This document shows, piece by piece, positions 32,520 to 42,989 of a stretch of 64,000 bases of DNA; position 1 is the stretch's first letter; each line of letters opens with the position of its first letter. The stretch is from Alphaproteobacteria bacterium (GTDB taxonomy: Bacteria > Pseudomonadota > Alphaproteobacteria > MPNO01 > UBA830), in assembly GCA_964291215.2 (NCBI GenBank), contig OZ219791.1, positions 2,144,001 through 2,208,000 on the forward strand, in the 5' to 3' direction. A program made the translations under genes and the position numbers. The notes beneath the pieces were generated by a model. It was given only the letters and a program-made list of their open reading frames with translations. It searched no databases and was not told the DNA's origin.

Positions 32520-32975
32520 TTACCAGTATCGGCCGGAGGCGCCGATCGCGGCGTTGACAAGGCCGATTACGAGATTGGTCGTGACCAAGATGCGGATCTG
32601 GTCGAGTTGCGCGCCAGCCGCGGGAATGTCGCCGCTTGCCAGCGCTGCGCGGAACCGGCGGTAGGGGGCGAACCACAGGTGAAGATAGATGGCAATCATG
32701 ATCCAGCCGATGCCGTGCATCAGGTGCCCGTGGAGGGGAAGGGTTCCGAGACCACCCCATACCGTGAAAATCAGCCAGTAGCCGGTGACGACGAGCACGA
32801 TGACCGATGTCCAGACCCACGGAAAGAACTTCCCGAAGACACGGCCCCAGAGCGGGGCGCGCACCGGTGGTTCGAGCTCGCCTGCGGCGAGACGCAGCAC
32901 CATGATGGCAAAGAACATGCCGCCGACCCAGATGACGGCGGCAAGCAGGTGGAGCGCAATCGCAACGGAACTCAT
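32520..32975 (-). CDS. CopD-like/DUF4149 four-helix membrane protein
   Basis: ALHLLAAVIWVGGMFF; four hydrophobic segments. Confidence 0.75.
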   Translation of the reverse strand: MSSVAIALHLLAAVIWVGGMFFAIMVLRLAAGELEPPVRAPLWGRVFGKFFPWVWTSVIVLVVTGYWLIFTVWGGLGTLPLHGHLMHGIGWIMIAIYLHLWFAPYRRFRAALASGDIPAAGAQLDQIRILVTTNLVIGLVNAAIGASGRYW

Positions 32976-32986
32976 CAGTCAGCCAA

Positions 32987-33132
32987 GGCTCTTCTTTTGT
33001 CATGTTTCGTCCGACGAGGGGCGTTGTAGGCAGATCTGGAGGTCCATTCGGGAGCGGATTTCGTTGTCGATATGCCGGTTCCGACCTTGAGAAGGTGCCA
33101 CCAACTTCAAGAACGGCCACTCTGACACGGTT
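32987..33132. repeat. Repeat B, copy 2
   Basis: Reverse complement of 25199-25345. Confidence 0.85.
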
Positions 33133-33252
33133 GTCCGCCGCCGATCGTGACAACAGAATGGTCCTGATCAGTCAGCGCCTCGCTTGATTGGCGGCGCAAG
33201 ATACACTAACCTGAATGCTCGTCCAAACTGGCCCTTCCGGAAAGTTTACGGC

Positions 33253-34095
33253 ATGAAATTCACCGGTACCGACACCTATGTCGCGACCGCGGACCTGATG
33301 ACGGCAGTCAACGCCGCGATTGCCCTTGAACGGCCACTGCTGGTCAAGGGCGAACCGGGGACCGGCAAGACACTGCTTGCCATGGAAGTCGCCGGGGCGC
33401 TCGACATGCCGTTCTTCGAGTGGCACATCAAGTCCACGACCAAGGCGATTCACGGCCTGTACGAATACGATGCTGTTTCGCGGCTGCGCGATTCCCAGCT
33501 TGGCGACGACCGGGTCCACGACATCCGCAACTACATCAAGCGGGGCATGCTTTGGGAGGCGTTCACATCCGACCGCCAGGCCGTGCTCCTGATCGACGAG
33601 GTCGACAAGGCGGACATCGAGTTTCCCAACGATCTGCTGCGCGAACTCGACCGCATGGAGTTCTATGTCTACGAGACCCAGGAGACCATTTCCGCCCGCC
33701 ACCGTCCCGTGGTCATCATCACCTCGAACAACGAGAAGGAATTGCCCGACGCTTTCCTGCGCCGGTGCTTTTTCCACTATATCCGTTTTCCGGATCACGA
33801 AACGATGGAAAAGATCGTCCACGTGCATTTCCCCGATATCAAGAAGCGCCTGCTCAAGGAAGCCCTTGAGCTGTTTTTCTCGATTCGCGACGTGAACGGC
33901 CTGAAGAAGAAGCCCTCGACATCGGAACTGCTGGACTGGATCAAGCTTCTCCTGGCCGAGGATATCGATCCCGAAGTCCTCCGTGCCGATGCCTCCAAGG
34001 CGATTCCGCAACTCCACGGCGCGCTCCTCAAGAACGAGCAGGACGTTCATCTGTTCGAGCGTCTCGCCTTCATGTCGCGGCGGCAGGGCGCGTGA
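33253..34095 (+). CDS. MoxR family AAA+ ATPase
   Basis: GEPGTGKT, LLIDEVDKAD, ELPDAFLRRC. Confidence 0.95.
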   Translation: MKFTGTDTYVATADLMTAVNAAIALERPLLVKGEPGTGKTLLAMEVAGALDMPFFEWHIKSTTKAIHGLYEYDAVSRLRDSQLGDDRVHDIRNYIKRGMLWEAFTSDRQAVLLIDEVDKADIEFPNDLLRELDRMEFYVYETQETISARHRPVVIITSNNEKELPDAFLRRCFFHYIRFPDHETMEKIVHVHFPDIKKRLLKEALELFFSIRDVNGLKKKPSTSELLDWIKLLLAEDIDPEVLRADASKAIPQLHGALLKNEQDVHLFERLAFMSRRQGA

Positions 34096-34116
34096 CGCGG
34101 CGGGGTTCGCGGCGCC

Positions 34117-35310
34117 ATGTTCGTTGAATTCTTCTATCAGCTGCGCGAAGCCCGCATTCCGGTCACGATCCGCGAGTACCTGACGCTCCTCGAAGCGCTG
34201 GACAGGCGTGTTGTCGATGGCGGGGTCGAGGATCTCTATTACCTGTCCCGTGCGGTGCTGGTGAAGGACGAGCGCTGGTTCGACACGTTCGACCTGGTGT
34301 TCGATAATTTCTTCAAAGGCGCGATGCACGACACCGCTTCCCTGTTCGAGGAGAGGATTCCGGAGGAGTGGCTGCAAGGCCTCGCCCGCCAGCTTTTCAG
34401 CGAAGACGAGATCGAAGCCATGAGCTTCGAGGAGCTCATGGAGGAGCTGGCAAAACGGCTGCAGGAACAGGAGCGGCCGCATCACGGCGGAAACCGCTGG
34501 ATCGGCACCGGCGGGACTTCGCCGTTCGGTAATTCCGGGCGCAATCCGGCTGGGGTCAGGATCGGTGGCGAGGGTGGCGGCAAGGGCGCCACCAAGGTCT
34601 GGCAGAAACGCGAGTTCCGCGGGCTCAAGAATGATGTCGAGATCGGCACGCGCAACATCAAGGTTGCGCTGCGCAAGCTCCGCAAGTTCGTGCGTGAAGG
34701 CGCCGAGGACGAGTTCGATCTCGATGAAACGATCCGGTCGACGGCGGATCGCGGGGGCATGCTGGACATTCGCATGCGCGCTGAGCGCAAAAACCGAATC
34801 AAGGTCCTGACGCTGTTCGACATCGGCGGATCGATGGACAGCTTCATCCGCATTTCCGAGGAGTTGTTCTCGGCGGTGCGCTCCGAGTTCAAGCATCTCG
34901 AGTACTATTATTTTCATAATTTCCTGTACGAGCGAGTGTGGCAGCAGAACCGGCGCGGCTACAACGAATGGACTCCGTCTTGGGAACTGATGAACACCTA
35001 CGGTTCGGACTGGAAGGTCATCGTTGTCGGCGATGCGACGATGAGCCCCTTCGAGATCACGGAAGTTGGCGGATCCATCGAACACTGGAACGAGGAACCT
35101 GGCGAGGTCTGGCTCCGCAGGTTCCTCGAGTACTTTCCCGATGCGGTGTGGCTCAATCCTGTGCCTGCCGATCGCTGGATGGGCACGACCAGCATCCGGA
35201 TGACCCACAGGCTCATGGACGGGCGGATGTATCCGCTGACGATCGATGGCCTCGAAGCGGCGATGAAACTCCTGCGCCAGGGGCGTCAAGCTCTGTCGCG
35301 ACTGCACTGA
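34117..35310 (+). CDS. VWA domain (CoxE-like) protein, MoxR partner
   Basis: WIGTGGTSPFG, DIGGSM, YYFHNFLYE, VGDATMSP. Confidence 0.92.
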   Translation: MFVEFFYQLREARIPVTIREYLTLLEALDRRVVDGGVEDLYYLSRAVLVKDERWFDTFDLVFDNFFKGAMHDTASLFEERIPEEWLQGLARQLFSEDEIEAMSFEELMEELAKRLQEQERPHHGGNRWIGTGGTSPFGNSGRNPAGVRIGGEGGGKGATKVWQKREFRGLKNDVEIGTRNIKVALRKLRKFVREGAEDEFDLDETIRSTADRGGMLDIRMRAERKNRIKVLTLFDIGGSMDSFIRISEELFSAVRSEFKHLEYYYFHNFLYERVWQQNRRGYNEWTPSWELMNTYGSDWKVIVVGDATMSPFEITEVGGSIEHWNEEPGEVWLRRFLEYFPDAVWLNPVPADRWMGTTSIRMTHRLMDGRMYPLTIDGLEAAMKLLRQGRQALSRLH

Positions 35311-35356
35311 ACGGACCGGCCGCAGCGGAGCCACTATCAACCGTTTGGAGGACGGC

Positions 35357-35884
35357 GTGCGGAATTTTATGGGATTTCTGGCCAGCGTCGCCATGATGCT
35401 GGCATGCTTGGGCGCCCTTTCGGGCCCTACGCTCGCGCAGCAGCACAGCCACCAGTCCGGCAACGGGCAGGAGGTTTCATCTGGGATCGACGTGCGGTCG
35501 GCCTGGGCGCGGGCGAGCGCAGGTCGTGCCGTAAACGGCGCGGCCTATTTGGCAATCGTCAATTCCGGCACCAGGGGCGATCGTTTGACGGGAGCCGCAT
35601 CTTCGGTAGCCATGCGAACCGAGATGCATGATCATGTCGAGCGAGATGGCGTGATGAGGATGACAAAGCTTGACGGCCTCGACATTCCGGCCGGAAGGAC
35701 GGTGGTCCTCAAACCCGGAGGCCTTCACATCATGCTTCTCCGCCTGCGAAATCCGCTCAAGGCGGGCGATCGGTTTGATCTCGAGCTGCACTTCGGGAGC
35801 GGCGTCACGAAGAAGGTCGAGGTGGAGGTCCGCCCGATCGGTGGCCGCCCGACGCGACACGAGGGCCACGGCGCCTACCGTTGA
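35357..35884 (+). CDS. Periplasmic copper chaperone PCu(A)C
   Basis: Signal peptide, AWARAS, H..M..M, LKPGGLHIML. Confidence 0.9.
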   Translation: MRNFMGFLASVAMMLACLGALSGPTLAQQHSHQSGNGQEVSSGIDVRSAWARASAGRAVNGAAYLAIVNSGTRGDRLTGAASSVAMRTEMHDHVERDGVMRMTKLDGLDIPAGRTVVLKPGGLHIMLLRLRNPLKAGDRFDLELHFGSGVTKKVEVEVRPIGGRPTRHEGHGAYR

Positions 35885-36385
35885 CGACGCGTCACACAGG
35901 TCGCCCGTTGTTTCCGCACGGGGGGCTGTGTTCCTCGGCGGCATCTTTCCTATGGTCATCAGATCTGCCACAAGATGCGCGAGCATCGGCAATACGCAGA
36001 CGCTGAATTATGCTTGGTCTCGAGTCCCGGGATATGTCGGCTGAGCGGGTGGGTTTTCTGCCGCCCGGATAGAAGCGTAGTCAAATCGGCGGCTGCCCGA
36101 GATGGCGTCGGCTGCTCTGAACTTCTTTTCCAAGCAGTCTTTGTATTTGGCCTGATCCGCCGTTCGTTCGGGCAAGTGTGCCTTCGTCTCGCGGCCCTTT
36201 CTCGCGTCGCAAGTCGCGTGCATTGATGGCAGCAGAGGTGAGCGCGCTGAGGGCCGTTTGCTGTACGGGGCTACCGGAAGGTGCCCGCATTCGTGTTCGG
36301 ATCGGCGCGCCCGCATCGAACGCCCGCCGTCCCGGAATTATTGACGATCGACTTCGCTGGGGTCGCGCACTTTTTTTCACGAAAG

Positions 36386-37932
36386 GTAACTGCTCACCCC
36401 CTGGTTCCGGCTTGATGTCGGGGTAGAGTAACGAACGGGTTTTCGTGGAGATTTGACACTGCAGGCCGATTCGTTTAGTGGTGGTCATCGAGAACGACGG
36501 GGACCGCCAGTGGGCTACTTTGGATCGAAGGCGACGAGCGGGCTGTGCCAGCTGCTTCCGGGGCTCCAGCCCCCGCATGATCTGTATGTGGAAACGCATC
36601 TCGGAGGCGGCGTGCTGATGAAGCGCAAGGCCGGGCGGCGGAGTACCGGAAGATGCCGCCGGGCGAGCGCCAGGCGATGCTCGCGACGATCATGACCGTC
36701 GAGGCCGGGTGATGGCGACGGGCGGCGCGCGAGGAGTTCGAAGCGGCCAGGACCGCGGCGCTGCCGGCAAGGTGTCGGAAGAGGCCGTGATCCTCGACAT
36801 CCTCATCGTCGTCCTTCTGGAGAAGACCACGCACGAGCCGGAACTCCGGTCTGCCGCCGTCACAGACGGACAAGAGCGTGCCGGGAGCAACGGCCCGAAG
36901 CCGAACCAGCAGATGGGCGACAACCTGCGCAAGACCATCGTCGAGGAAACGGTCGCGGTCGATGCCTGCGGCGCTGACGGCGTCGACCCCGTCGGGCGCC
37001 GCACGACATCGTGTTCGAGGTCGTCGAGCGCCGCGCCGAGATCAAGGAATGCCCGAAGTGCAAGGCCCGGACCAAGGGCCGGTTCCCCGACAACATCCCG
37101 TGCAGTACGGCATCCAGGCCCTTGTCATCAACCTGCTGGTCGCCTAAATGCTGTCCCTGCGCCGTGCCGTCGCGCTCGTGCAGGCGATCTCCGGCATTAA
37201 GCTCTCCAAGGCAACCTGTCTTGGCTATGCTTTCACGATGCGTCATGGGAGGAGGCCGCCGTGGCGCACCTCCTGCAACGCCCGATGTCGACGATTTCGG
37301 ATCAACGGCAAGTGGCTCCATGTCGTCACCGACGGAACCCTGACGTGCAAGTTCCCGCACCGCAAGCAAGAGATCGGCCCGTGCTACAAGGGCGTCCTGG
37401 GCCTCGTACATGGCAGTGTAGCCACCAGCTGTGCGGCAGCCACCTGCTGCGCGAACTGACCTTCGTCGTCGAGGCTACCGCGCGACTGATGAAGAGCCTG
37501 CTCCGCAAGGTTTGCCCAAGATCAACAAGAGCGCATCCAGGACCCTGAACGAGGCCGGGCGCAAGCGCACCATCCTCACTTAGGGCGCCAAGGAACTGCC
37601 CGACATCCCGACGAAAGGAAAACGCATCGCAAACGCGCACAACCTGCACGAACGTCTCGTGAAACACGAAAACCTGCGCTTCACAGACGACCCCGACGTC
37701 AGCTTCACCAACAATGCCGGAGAACAGAAGATCAGGATGGCAAAGGTCAAGGTGTCCGGATGCTTCCGCTCCACGCAAAAGCATGGTGCCGGGGCTCAAG
37801 CTACCTCACCTCCATGGCCGCACTCGGCTACAATCATCACGTCGCAACCCAGATCGCCCTCGACGGAAAAGCCGCAGACATCATCAACGAGCACTACGAC
37901 CAATCAGAACCCAACTAGGGGTGAGTAGATAC
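36386..37932 (+). mobile_element. Degraded IS66-family element (single-transposase ISBst12 type) with an 8-bp TSD
   Basis: TIRs GTAACTGCTCACCCC / GGGGTGAGTAGATAC. CACGAAAG is duplicated at 36378-36385 and 37933-37940. Transposase fragments CPKCK, HQLCGSHLLREL, FTNNAGEQKIRMAK. Confidence 0.9.
36510..36632 (+). pseudogene. N-terminal fragment of a Dam/D12-class DNA adenine methyltransferase inside the IS66
   Basis: GYFGSKATSGLCQ..PPHDLYVETHLGGG resembles motifs X and I of alpha-class adenine MTases. Confidence 0.7.
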
Positions 37933-37969
37933 CACGAAAGATAATAGCGGATGCGCTTTACATCGAGAG

Positions 37970-38282
37970 TTGGATTGGACGGTCGGAGCCGTGTCGGCCG
38001 TCGACGCTGGGATTGCAGCCTTGCCAGTGGCATTGCGCACCCTGCCGCTGCGACTGCCGGAGACGGTGAAGAATGGCGGGCTGGAAACTCTTCGCGCACC
38101 GTATGTCAGGCACCTGGAGGGAAAGCTCCGGTGGCTTCGGGTGTGGGCAGAAAGCGGTATCGCTCGGGAGCTCCGCGTGACGGCGGGTGGAGGTGGTGCA
38201 CGTTTTCTCGAAGAAAGCGCGCAAGGCGCCGCGTCGAGCGCTCGCGACCGCCAGGGAACGACTGAGGCAGGTGGCGCCATGA
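37970..38282 (+). pseudogene. RelE/HigB (Gp49-like) toxin, frameshifted
   Basis: MDWTV...YVRHLEGKL..LRV, then VVHVFSKKARKAPRRALATARERL in another frame, ending at an ATGA overlap. Confidence 0.75.
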
Positions 38283-38563
38283 TGAAAATGAAGGATCCGA
38301 AGGCGCGCCTCATGGAAGATGTCGAGTTCCGAGACGAATACGCGCGCGCAGATGGGGAGTATGCGCTAATCAAGGCGCTGGTGCGTGCCCGCACGGCGAC
38401 GAAACTAACTCAGGCGGAACTTGCCCGGCGGCTTGGCACGACGCAATCCGCGGTTGCGCGGCTGGAGGGCGGCCGGGTGTCGCCGTATTTCGCAACCCTT
38501 CGCCGCTATGCCGAGGCAACCGGCACGTGGCTGACCGTGAGGTATGTGCCGGCGGACGGCTGA
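38279..38563 (+). CDS. HigA-like XRE HTH antitoxin
   Basis: LTQAELARRLGTTQSAVARLEGG..TLRRYAEATG. Confidence 0.88.
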   Translation: MMKMKDPKARLMEDVEFRDEYARADGEYALIKALVRARTATKLTQAELARRLGTTQSAVARLEGGRVSPYFATLRRYAEATGTWLTVRYVPADG

Positions 38564-38781
38564 CGCATGCGACGGGCCGGTGGCTGGGGCGGACGGAGTG
38601 GCCGTCGCCTCAATCCATGAGGAACGTTTCGATAAGGCTTGATGGCCGAACCAAGCTGTCGAAATCGTTCGCATCCGAATGCCTGGATTAATCGGGTTTG
38701 GGCAATCGCAAATCTCTTACGGCGGAAAAGCGCTGCAGAGGGCCGTTGCTTGGGGGCCTTGTGACGCTCTCGGATTTCGCT

Positions 38782-39306
38782 TCAGGCTGCGCCCGGCTTG
38801 CCGGGGTTTTCGTGGCCGCAGGATGGGCAGACTCTGAGCGCCGCATCGCCGTAGTATTCTTCGAAGACCGGCGGGAGGTCGCGGACGAGATCCGTGACCT
38901 CGACTTCGCGGCGATGCACCCGGTCGTCGCACTTCTCGCAATACCACTCGAACGCGTCGAGTTCGCCGGGCTGTCGGATTCGCTCGATGACGAGTCCGAC
39001 TGTCTCCGCGGGGCGCTGCGGTGAATGGCGGGTATGGGCCGGTAGCATAAGAATCTCGCCCTCCCGTATCGGCACGTCCGTCGGTTTACCGTTGTCGATG
39101 ATGCGGAGCGTCATGTCTCCGCGCAACTGGTAGAAGAACTCGTCGCCCGGATCGTCGTGATAATCGGTCCGCACGTTGGGTCCGCCGACGACGGTGACGA
39201 TGAACTCTCCATCCTCCCAGATCTGGGCGTTGCCGACCGGCGGTTTCAGCAGATCGGCGTGGTCGTCGATCCAGCGGGAGAGATTGAGCGGGAGCGGAGC
39301 GGGCAT
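38782..39306 (-). CDS. nbaC: 3-hydroxyanthranilate 3,4-dioxygenase
   Basis: LLKPPVGN, GGPNVRTDYH, EFFYQ, HSPQR, two CxxC motifs. Confidence 0.93.
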   Translation of the reverse strand: MPAPLPLNLSRWIDDHADLLKPPVGNAQIWEDGEFIVTVVGGPNVRTDYHDDPGDEFFYQLRGDMTLRIIDNGKPTDVPIREGEILMLPAHTRHSPQRPAETVGLVIERIRQPGELDAFEWYCEKCDDRVHRREVEVTDLVRDLPPVFEEYYGDAALRVCPSCGHENPGKPGAA

Positions 39307-39339
39307 CTCGGCCTCCTTGATTTCAGGTGCTGCGATACT

Positions 39340-39744
39340 TCAGTCGCACAACGCGATGCACTCGATCTCGATGTCGAACTCCCAGGGCCACGATCCGACG
39401 GTCACGAAGGTTCGCGCAGGAGGCGCGTCCGGAAAGAACTTCCGGTACTCCTCGTTCACGAGGTCGAAATAGCCGGAGTTCGAAATATAGACATTCACCT
39501 TGACCACGCGGTCGAATGACGAGCCCGCAGCGCGGAGCGCCCGACCGACATTCTGGAGGCTGATCCGTGTCTGGCGCCGAATGTCGCCGTTGATTACCTT
39601 GCCAGTCTTTCTGTCGATCGGCGGCAGCCCCGAGACGAACACGAAGCCGTTGGCCTTGACGGCGGGCGACAACGGCACCCGCGCCTTCTCCAACGCTTCG
39701 GAGATTCCGGGAACGGCTATGCACTGTCTGTCGGACTGGGCCAT
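39340..39744 (-). CDS. RidA/Rid family protein
   Basis: PLSPAVKANGFVFVSG, PPART, IEIECIA. Confidence 0.9.
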   Translation of the reverse strand: MAQSDRQCIAVPGISEALEKARVPLSPAVKANGFVFVSGLPPIDRKTGKVINGDIRRQTRISLQNVGRALRAAGSSFDRVVKVNVYISNSGYFDLVNEEYRKFFPDAPPARTFVTVGSWPWEFDIEIECIALCD

Positions 39745-39760
39745 GGCTTTTCTTCCTGTT

Positions 39761-40093
39761 TCACGAGGTTGTGCGGTGTCGAGCATAGTAGAAGTCTTCG
39801 GGAAGTGCGTCGATAGCTCCGTCCATCGTTCGCGCCGTTGCCAGAAGCCTTTCCGAACGGCCGTCATGCAGCGCATAGATTCCGGTGTCTGTCCTGCACA
39901 GCCTGTAGCTTGCATAAGGCTGACGGCTGCGATCACCTGAGTAAAGAAAGACCTGTTCGCGTCCGTCTCGTTCGATGCGGTCGTAGCGGCACCATCTGTG
40001 CATGGCCCAGACCTTCCGCTGCAGCGCCTCAAGCTTCCTCGCGTCTGCGGGGGTGAATCTGGTCAGGTCGAGTTCGACAACCTTTTCGGACAT
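39761..40093 (-). CDS. Hypothetical protein (110 aa)
   Basis: Protein-like composition, ATG start, co-oriented 16 bp upstream of the Rid gene. Confidence 0.6.
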   Translation of the reverse strand: MSEKVVELDLTRFTPADARKLEALQRKVWAMHRWCRYDRIERDGREQVFLYSGDRSRQPYASYRLCRTDTGIYALHDGRSERLLATARTMDGAIDALPEDFYYARHRTTS

Positions 40094-40479
40094 GGGCGAA
40101 GGATACAGCGCTCGGCATGACGAGGTCCACGACGGATTTTCACGCGGCCCCGGGGCGTTCAGGTTGGTGCAGGCGAGATGACGGCAATAGCGCATCTTCC
40201 TGTCGATTGGGACGCAACCGCTCCGGCGACGCGAGTTCGATGTGATTCAGTGGACAAGGGAACGCTCGCGACCGGTGCAAATTTCCTATTTCCGGCCGGG
40301 CGATTCTCCCTCAGGACTTTTCCCCTCTGCCCCTCTCGATTCCGCCTGGGAACAGCTTCAGTCCCTTCAACATCGAGCTTATGCAACGCCCTTGTCGGCT
40401 TCAAGCCACTATTCCGCCGTCGCGCGGCATGGACCCTGCTGCACGTTGCGGCTTTGGAACGCAGATGGTCAGGGCGGTT

Positions 40480-41430
40480 TCACTTCAAGATTACCTCCGT
40501 CGGCGATCCCAAGACTTTCCGAATGTTGAGCCGCACCTTCTGAACATCTTCGTTGCATGTCGCGCGAAAGTCCGTGCCCTTCGGGAAGTACTCCCGCACC
40601 AGGCCGTTGGTGTGCTCATTCAAGCCGCGCTCCCAAGAATGGAAAGGCGAAGAAGAAATCTGCATCAAGTGCGACACGCCTGTGGTCTGCGAACTCTTTG
40701 CCGTTGTGATTGTGTGGACCAATAGCGTACCAGAGCCGAGCAGGCGGATCATGACCGAACCAACCGTGTCTTTCTGTCCACCCAGCAAGGTGTATTTCGT
40801 GGCACGAGCGACACGACAGCTCCACTGTGAGCTTTGCCGATGATGGCCCCCAGTTGCCGACCCGTTCCTTTGCCTCCGCAGGGCGCTCGGAAATGTCCAC
40901 CCGGCCGGAATGGCATCCGCCCTTCCAGTTCGGCTTCTTGCCGCGCCGCCGAAGCTTCTTCCACAAGACGCCCCCGGCTCTCCGATCTTCATGAATGCGA
41001 TCATAGATCCGTTGCCGACCCACGGCCCTCCAGTCGAAAACGGCCGCTGCTCGGGGCCCTCCCGCAGCTTTTTCTGAGCTTCAACCCGAGGCGTCAACCG
41101 CCAGGAAACAGACGAGGCTGCCCTGCGGCGCGTTTCTGCCATCCTTTGCGCCTGCTTGTGACGGTAACCCCGTCCCCCGGTGTTGCGCTTGATCTCCCGG
41201 AAAATTGTTGAACGGCCCAGCTGCCGAGCAATCGCACCTTGTGAAAGACCGCTTTTCTGTAACGCCTCAATCTGACATCGCTCTTCGTAGGTGACGGTAG
41301 CCTTTGGACATGAACAAGCTCCCTTCATCTTGTACAGAAACTCTCGCCGCTGCTGGACAGCTCCGCAACATCATGCGTCTAAAAACACATGGCCACAGCC
41401 CATCATGTGTTGCACTTCACTATGGAACGG
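40480..41430 (-). mobile_element. Degraded IS30-family element
   Basis: TYEERCQIEAL, IARQLGR, STIFREIKRN, WERGLNEHTNGLVREYFPKGTDF; IS30-like end TGTTGCACTTCA at about 41409. Confidence 0.88.
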
Positions 41431-41517
41431 GGGAATGACTGCTGAACGGGGTACAAATTTTTGCATTCTTACCAGGTGTTTCGGCTGCGGTAACCCGTGG
41501 ACGGCCCCGCGGCCAGA

Positions 41518-41708
41518 CACGACGATCCCACGCTGCTAATCCAGCGGCGACCGGCGAGATTTTTCGGTCTGCGTCGCGCTGCAATCGTGCCGCCAAGGCT
41601 CAATGAGACCTTCTCGGCGCGAAAATTGCGATCAAGAGGCGATCTGTGATGACGCGAGCCCCAACGCACTCGGATTTCGCGTCTCGGAATCAGCATGGGA
41701 TCACCGTG
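41518..41708. mobile_element. MITE-A, intact copy (191 bp) with a 9-bp TSD
   Basis: TIRs CACGACGATCCCACGCTG / CAGCATGGGATCACCGTG, flanked on both sides by GCGGCCAGA. Confidence 0.9.
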
Positions 41709-42026
41709 GCGGCCAGAAGATCCGCTAGGGTTGGGTCTGTGCAACCTCCCTCCATCAGCAGTCGGCAAGATCGAATGCAGCGTAGGAAAGTCTCGGACTC
41801 TCCCTTGCGGCCGTTTGCCAGGAGCGTCGAATGGCGCTACCCACGCCGGGGCTGGAGATTTCTGCGGATCGCCGTAACTGGCCGCCGGAGGCCATGTGTC
41901 GTATCATCGGGGGTAAGCGGAAGGTTCGACGGGACGCGTCCGTGCAGAGGTCGGGCGTGGCAGGCTGCGGGAGCCCAGGTTGCCATCGGCCTTGTCTGAT
42001 GCACCTTTGCACGACCGGAGAGCCGC

Positions 42027-42989
42027 ATGGTCTCGTCTTTCATTTCAGCCGACTGGAGCAAGGACTCCAAGAAGCGGTCGGTATGGGTTGCGGATATGCA
42101 GGCCCGGCGTCTCCGGAAGGCTGAGCCGCCAGGATGGGATTTCAAGTCTGTCTTGGGACTGGCGAAGACGCTTCGGGACGCAGGCCCGGTGTTGATTGGC
42201 ATTGACGCAGCATTGGGGCTCCCCTCGGACTACTGCCGCCTTGCAGTCGAACAGTCCCTTCTGCGTCGGTCGGACACCTTTGTGGACTGGCTCCAGAGGT
42301 TCACTTCGGAGGGTGATTTTTTCGAGAAGGTCACGGATCCAGCATGCTGGCGTGTGAAACGGCCCTGGTTTGCGGTGCCGAAGGGACACGGTGGCCTCCG
42401 CTCGTTCACGAGCAAGGGAAAAGATGGCCTTCTCCGCCGGATCGACAAGGCGACGGGTGCCAAAACGCTCTTCGCCGTCAGCGGCATTCCGGGTACGGCA
42501 GGGTCTGCGACCCGGGAACTCTGGAAGGAGCTGATCCCGTTGCTGGCGGGAAAGCGGGAGTTCGCAATCTGGCCCTTCGAAGGCAAACTGCCCACTCTGC
42601 TTTGCAAACATGGCATCGTGCTCGCCGAAACCTATCCCGGACTCGCCTATGCTGCGGCGCTTGCCGACGATATTCCCGCTGCCCGGATGAGAATTGCCAA
42701 GACCCGTGAATTGGAACGCGAGGGCGCCTGTTGTCGCCTGACGAAGGCCGCTTGGGTCGCGAATTACAGCGTCGACCTCGGAGATCTCGATGCGGCGAGA
42801 TGCAACGACGACGACTTCGATGCCTGCCTCACGGCTGCCGCCCTTCTCCGGTGCGTCTGCGAGAAGAGGGAGCTTGCCGACTCCAAGTGGATTGACGCCA
42901 GGGTGGAAGGATCGATGCTTCTTGCAGGCCCTGTCGATCCCGCGTTGTCAGCGCGACGATCGCGAAAAAAAAGAGCTATAGCACCGTGA
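42027..42989 (+). CDS. DUF429-like predicted RNase H-fold protein
   Basis: ADWS, LIGIDAALGLP, IWPFEG, AETYP, DDDFDA. Confidence 0.7.
   Translation: MVSSFISADWSKDSKKRSVWVADMQARRLRKAEPPGWDFKSVLGLAKTLRDAGPVLIGIDAALGLPSDYCRLAVEQSLLRRSDTFVDWLQRFTSEGDFFEKVTDPACWRVKRPWFAVPKGHGGLRSFTSKGKDGLLRRIDKATGAKTLFAVSGIPGTAGSATRELWKELIPLLAGKREFAIWPFEGKLPTLLCKHGIVLAETYPGLAYAAALADDIPAARMRIAKTRELEREGACCRLTKAAWVANYSVDLGDLDAARCNDDDFDACLTAAALLRCVCEKRELADSKWIDARVEGSMLLAGPVDPALSARRSRKKRAIAP

Noticed and set aside
33172-35463. 763-aa minus-strand ORF
   Set aside because: Antisense to MoxR/VWA.
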